Assembly: GCA_943704425.1 (NCBI GenBank)
Contig: CALSCP010000733.1
Span: forward strand, 62,001 to 126,000
Direction: 5' to 3'
DNA: 64,000 nucleotides
From: Ministeria vibrans ATCC 50519
Taxonomy: Eukaryota > Protista > Filasterea
The notes under the pieces are model-generated. The model was not told the origin of the DNA, ran no database searches, and saw only the letters and a program-made list of their open reading frames with translations. The stretch's first letter is position 1. Every line of letters starts with the position of its first letter. The translations under genes were made by a program, and so were the position numbers. Below are positions 60,378 through 64,000 of the stretch, in pieces.

Positions 60378-61875
60378 TTAATTGACATGGTCTTTTGGCT
60401 CATTATTCGCCACAACATCTGCCTCATCATCATCGTCATTATTATCATCAGCATCAGCAGCAGCAGCAGCAGCAACAGTAGTAGTAGTAGTAGTACGCGC
60501 TTTTTTACGCACATCCATTTCCTCTTCTTCCTCTTCTTCTTCGTCGTCATCATCGTCGTCGCGACGTCTCTTCCCTGTCGTCCCTTGCTCTTCTCCTCCC
60601 TCTCCCTCCTCTCCATCGTCATTCGTCAACACCAGGTTCTGTGCCGCCTCAACCTGCTCGCCAAGAAGACGCTCCTCCTCGGCCGACTTGAGCGCGTGTT
60701 CCTTCTTGAGCGTCGACGACGACTCACGCGCGAGGCGCAACGTGTACGCATTGTGTGTCTTGGGTGCATAGAAGATGCGCGGCTCGTCAGCGAGTCGAAT
60801 GTACATCTCGGAACTAGCGAGGGTCGCACGGTGCGTCTGCCAGACCCCGTGCAGCGTTCGCAGCTGCTCGGTGGCCTGCAGTGCCTTGAGCTTGGCCACC
60901 GTCTCACGTCGCTTGGCAATCAGATCGCGTCGATGACGCGCCGCCGAGGCATCCTCTTCGCGAATGCGCTCTTGCGCCTTTTCTGCCATTGAGTTGCGAC
61001 GTTGCACTGTCTCCGTCACCGTCTTGGCTTCGTCACGCGCCTGAGTCAGAGTACCCATGAGCATCCCAAGCATACGACGGTTGCGACGCGAGTCTCCAGG
61101 TGCCGCAGCACGTCCACGTTCAAGCCGCTTCTCGCGGTCCATCGACGTCTCGCCTTCCTCGCGCTTCGCTTCGCGCGTACTCCTTGCAGCCTTTTTCGCA
61201 TCATCTTCGTCCTTGCTTGCACCCTCCGCGGTCGTTGCTCCCTCCACGGTGGTAGATTCATCGTCATCGTGAACGCGCATCACAACGCTACTCACTCTCT
61301 TGCTCATGTCCATGTTGTTGTTGGTGTGCGAAACGCCGCGACGGTCAGCATGTCGCGCCGGGGGCGGTGATCTGCTGCGCCTGCGACCCTCTCGCTCGCC
61401 GTAGCGTCCACCAATTGGTGCATAGCTGTTGGGTCCATCGTTGTACTGTGAGCGTCGGCGTTCTCGATCGCCATCGCGTCGGTCTGAAGCGAACGGTCGG
61501 TCCGACATCAATCCGCGCGCGTCCGACGACTGCACTGGCGCACCGGAGCGCCGATCGCCCAATCGCCGTTGGAGCGACGACGACAACTGTTTCTCATAGA
61601 TGCCAAACTGGCTAGGATCCACGCGCTTCTCGGGGACGGGCGGCGGTGCGTCGCGACGAGGTTTCCTGTTTGAGGACAGAGGAGAGAGAAAAAAGAAAAC
61701 GGAAAGACAAAAAAAAAAAAAAAAGAACAGAAGGAAAGACATTAGAGGCGAAAGGGAGAGCACCGCGCCGGTGGAAGGGCAGCACGGGGATCCAGAGAGG
61801 GGAGAGAGGCACGTACGGTCCGAGTTCCGCGTCAACTTCTCGAAGTTGTTCGCGGAGTCTCTCAATGTCTTCCAT
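60378..61875 (-). CDS. PNN: Pinin/SDK/memA-domain protein, 2 exons
   Basis: RRNRRMLGMLMGTLTQA, coiled coil, YIRLADEPRIFYAPK; exon 1 MEDIERLREQLREVDAELG. Confidence 0.8.
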
Positions 61876-62089
61876 GGGCCGGGCAGCGTCCACCAAGTCG
61901 AATCAGAACGACAGAAGCACCACAGGGGAGTGTGCGGCGCAGAGGGTAAGAGCTAAGAAGAAAGTAAACTAAAACTAATTACTAACTCATACGTCTATTT
62001 GTTCCGATCAGTGACTAAAGTAATCTTTTCCACTTGGAGTGCCTGTGTACGTAGCTGAAGGCACTTCACATTTCACAAGTCACAACACC

Positions 62090-62788
62090 ATGTCAAACTC
62101 GATAGATAGTCGAAATCGCGTAAGAGAAGAAGAAGAAGAAAGAGCGGAAATGTGTTGCGCCTGCTCGAGTGTGGCCGTTGGAGGGGTGGTGTGGTGCGTC
62201 GTTGTGAGGATGGCTGGTGTGCGACGGCCCGCCGCATCCGACGTGGGGCCACTCGCTCTGTTTTGCATTGGGTGTTTTGGTCGTTTTGCCTTTCACTCGG
62301 GAAACCTCAGCTGAACGCAGGCGCACAGGCCGCGCTGCCCGTGGGTCGCCTGCCTGCGGGCTCTGTGCGGCGTGTCGTACCCTTGATAACGAGGTGTCAT
62401 CTGCTTTCGATTGCGGTTGATCGTTTTTTTTTCATTTTTCATTTTTCCTGTGTCATTTTTGAACCCCGAACGTTTGTCTTGTCGGTGGGAGGGCGAATGG
62501 AGGAGGGTACGCAGGCGACTGACACTTGCACGGGGCTGGGTGTGTGTCTGGGGTGTAGATCTGGCTGACGCTGGACCAGAAGGTCCCGCTGTATCCGGGA
62601 GACCGAGTGAGTGGCGTTGTGCATCTCGACTGTCAGGTGTCCTTCTCCGCTCGCGGCATTCTCGTCAAGTTCAAGGGCTTTGAGCGCGGCCAGTGGGAGG
62701 AGAAGTTTAAAGAGAAGGTTGAGGATCGCACGGTGGAGCGCATTCGCATTCACAAGGTATGAGACAATAAGGAGAGACAGTGTGTGTT

Positions 62789-62821
<33 letters not shown>

Positions 62822-63256
62822 TAAGGTACGTTTGCCAACATGTAGGAGAGCAACGATCTGTTCCGGTCCGTTCTCAATGTCTATCCTTGCTCGGGTGTCA
62901 TTGACGCTGGTCAGTACGAATTTCCCTTCAACTTTACACTTCCATCAAAGCTCCCCGGTATGAAAGAGGGAGAGACGAAAAGAACGTTTGATTTGAGTTT
63001 TTATATATTGCTGATGAGGTTGTTTCTTAGGAGTGTTCTGTGAAACAAGCAGTGACGCATGGGGTACTGGCAAAGGATGGGAAGCCAAAGTAAAAAATAC
63101 AATAAAATAAGAAACCTCGTTCTTGATGCTTTTTGTTTTAGGTGTTGTACAAAGTGAAGGCGTGTGCTGACGTCTCTTTCAAGTCGACTCTCAAACACAC
63201 TCGTAAGACAGAGAGAAAGAAAGAAAGAGGAAGGAGGAGGGAGAAAGAAACAAAGC

Positions 63257-63294
<38 letters not shown>

Positions 63295-63872
63295 CTACAG
63301 ATTGTTTTTGACTAACGTGTCGCTTGGTGTTGTTCTTCTTTTTGTGTGATTCAGTGAAATTGGTTGTGCGTGAGCCTATTGGGGGTACTGAAGGTCCATC
63401 GGCTGAAGGTGCAAAGTCCTTTTTGACTGGATCTGGAAAAATGATGCTCAGGATTTGGCAGGGTAAGAGATAAGGAGGATGGAGAGAAACTAACCCTAAC
63501 CCTATCTCAAATGACCCCTGGCCACAGACAAACCGGCATACTCCTCTGGCTCTACTGCCATCTTGCGCATTCAAGCAAACAACACTGGCACCAACAAACC
63601 AAAGAAGCTCAAAATTGGTGTCTTCCGAAAACTCACTGTCAATCCAAACGGCAAGAAAATGGTTCGCGAACAAAAGGTAATGAAAAACAGTTTTTAATAA
63701 TATTATCATTATAATAATATTATTATTCTTATAATTATCAGTACTGTTGGTGTTATGCTAACTGACAAACATTGTGTGTAAAGGTTTACGAGCAAGTTTA
63801 CGCGGGATTTGGACCACTTTTCTTTGGACTCCGTTACATTCCTTACACTGTTCCTCTCACTGCTCTCCCTTC

Positions 63873-63959
<87 letters not shown>

Positions 63960-64000
63960 GAAAGAAACAAAGTGATAGAGAGAGAGAGAAAGAAAGGAGA
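62090..64000 (+). CDS. Arrestin-domain (alpha-arrestin-like) protein, multi-exon, runs out of the window
   Basis: LYPGDRVSGVVHL..ARGILVKFKGFE, AGQYEFPFNFTLPSKLP, VLYKVKA, DKPAYSSG..LRIQANNT. Start exon inferred. Confidence 0.82.

Noticed and set aside
63489-63505. Telomere-like TAACCCTAACCCTA
   Set aside because: Only about two units, inside an intron; compatible with chance.
1-64000. Transposons, tRNA or rRNA genes
   Set aside because: No transposase, reverse transcriptase or integrase motifs, terminal repeats or RNA-gene signatures were recognised by eye. A tRNAscan/Infernal/RepeatMasker run would be needed to exclude them.

Overview
Eukaryotic (protist-like) genomic DNA, standard genetic code, GT-AG introns that are often microsatellite-rich, two N gaps. 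The first 27 kb hold a head-to-head pair of giant, almost intronless paralogous P-loop/AAA+-type ATPase genes about 280 bp apart. The minus-strand gene is missing from the ORF track because it runs off the window edge. I translated it by hand: >4,700 aa, with an internal tandem-repeat insertion and extra C-terminal GATase-like and vWA domains. Its plus-strand partner is ~4,100 aa and lacks these extras. Next come: a double-pseudoenzyme RNA-binding-type protein (dead DEDDy exonuclease + degenerate Ycf45/SpoIIIAA ATPase); two tandem secreted DUF285/BspA-like genes (one with EGF repeats); a coiled-coil gene; a glycan-modification neighbourhood (GT7 gene head-to-head with a three-domain GT12-GT7-GT47 fusion, plus a signal-anchored TTL-like ATP-grasp ligase); a small intronless CxxC/His protein; RNASEH2A; an ARM-repeat protein; a truncated globin; KXD1 with an acidic tail; an N-terminally missing TOR next to an orphan signal-peptide+EGF exon (probable misjoin); pinin; and an arrestin-domain gene. 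All family calls come from motif recognition by eye; no searches were run.
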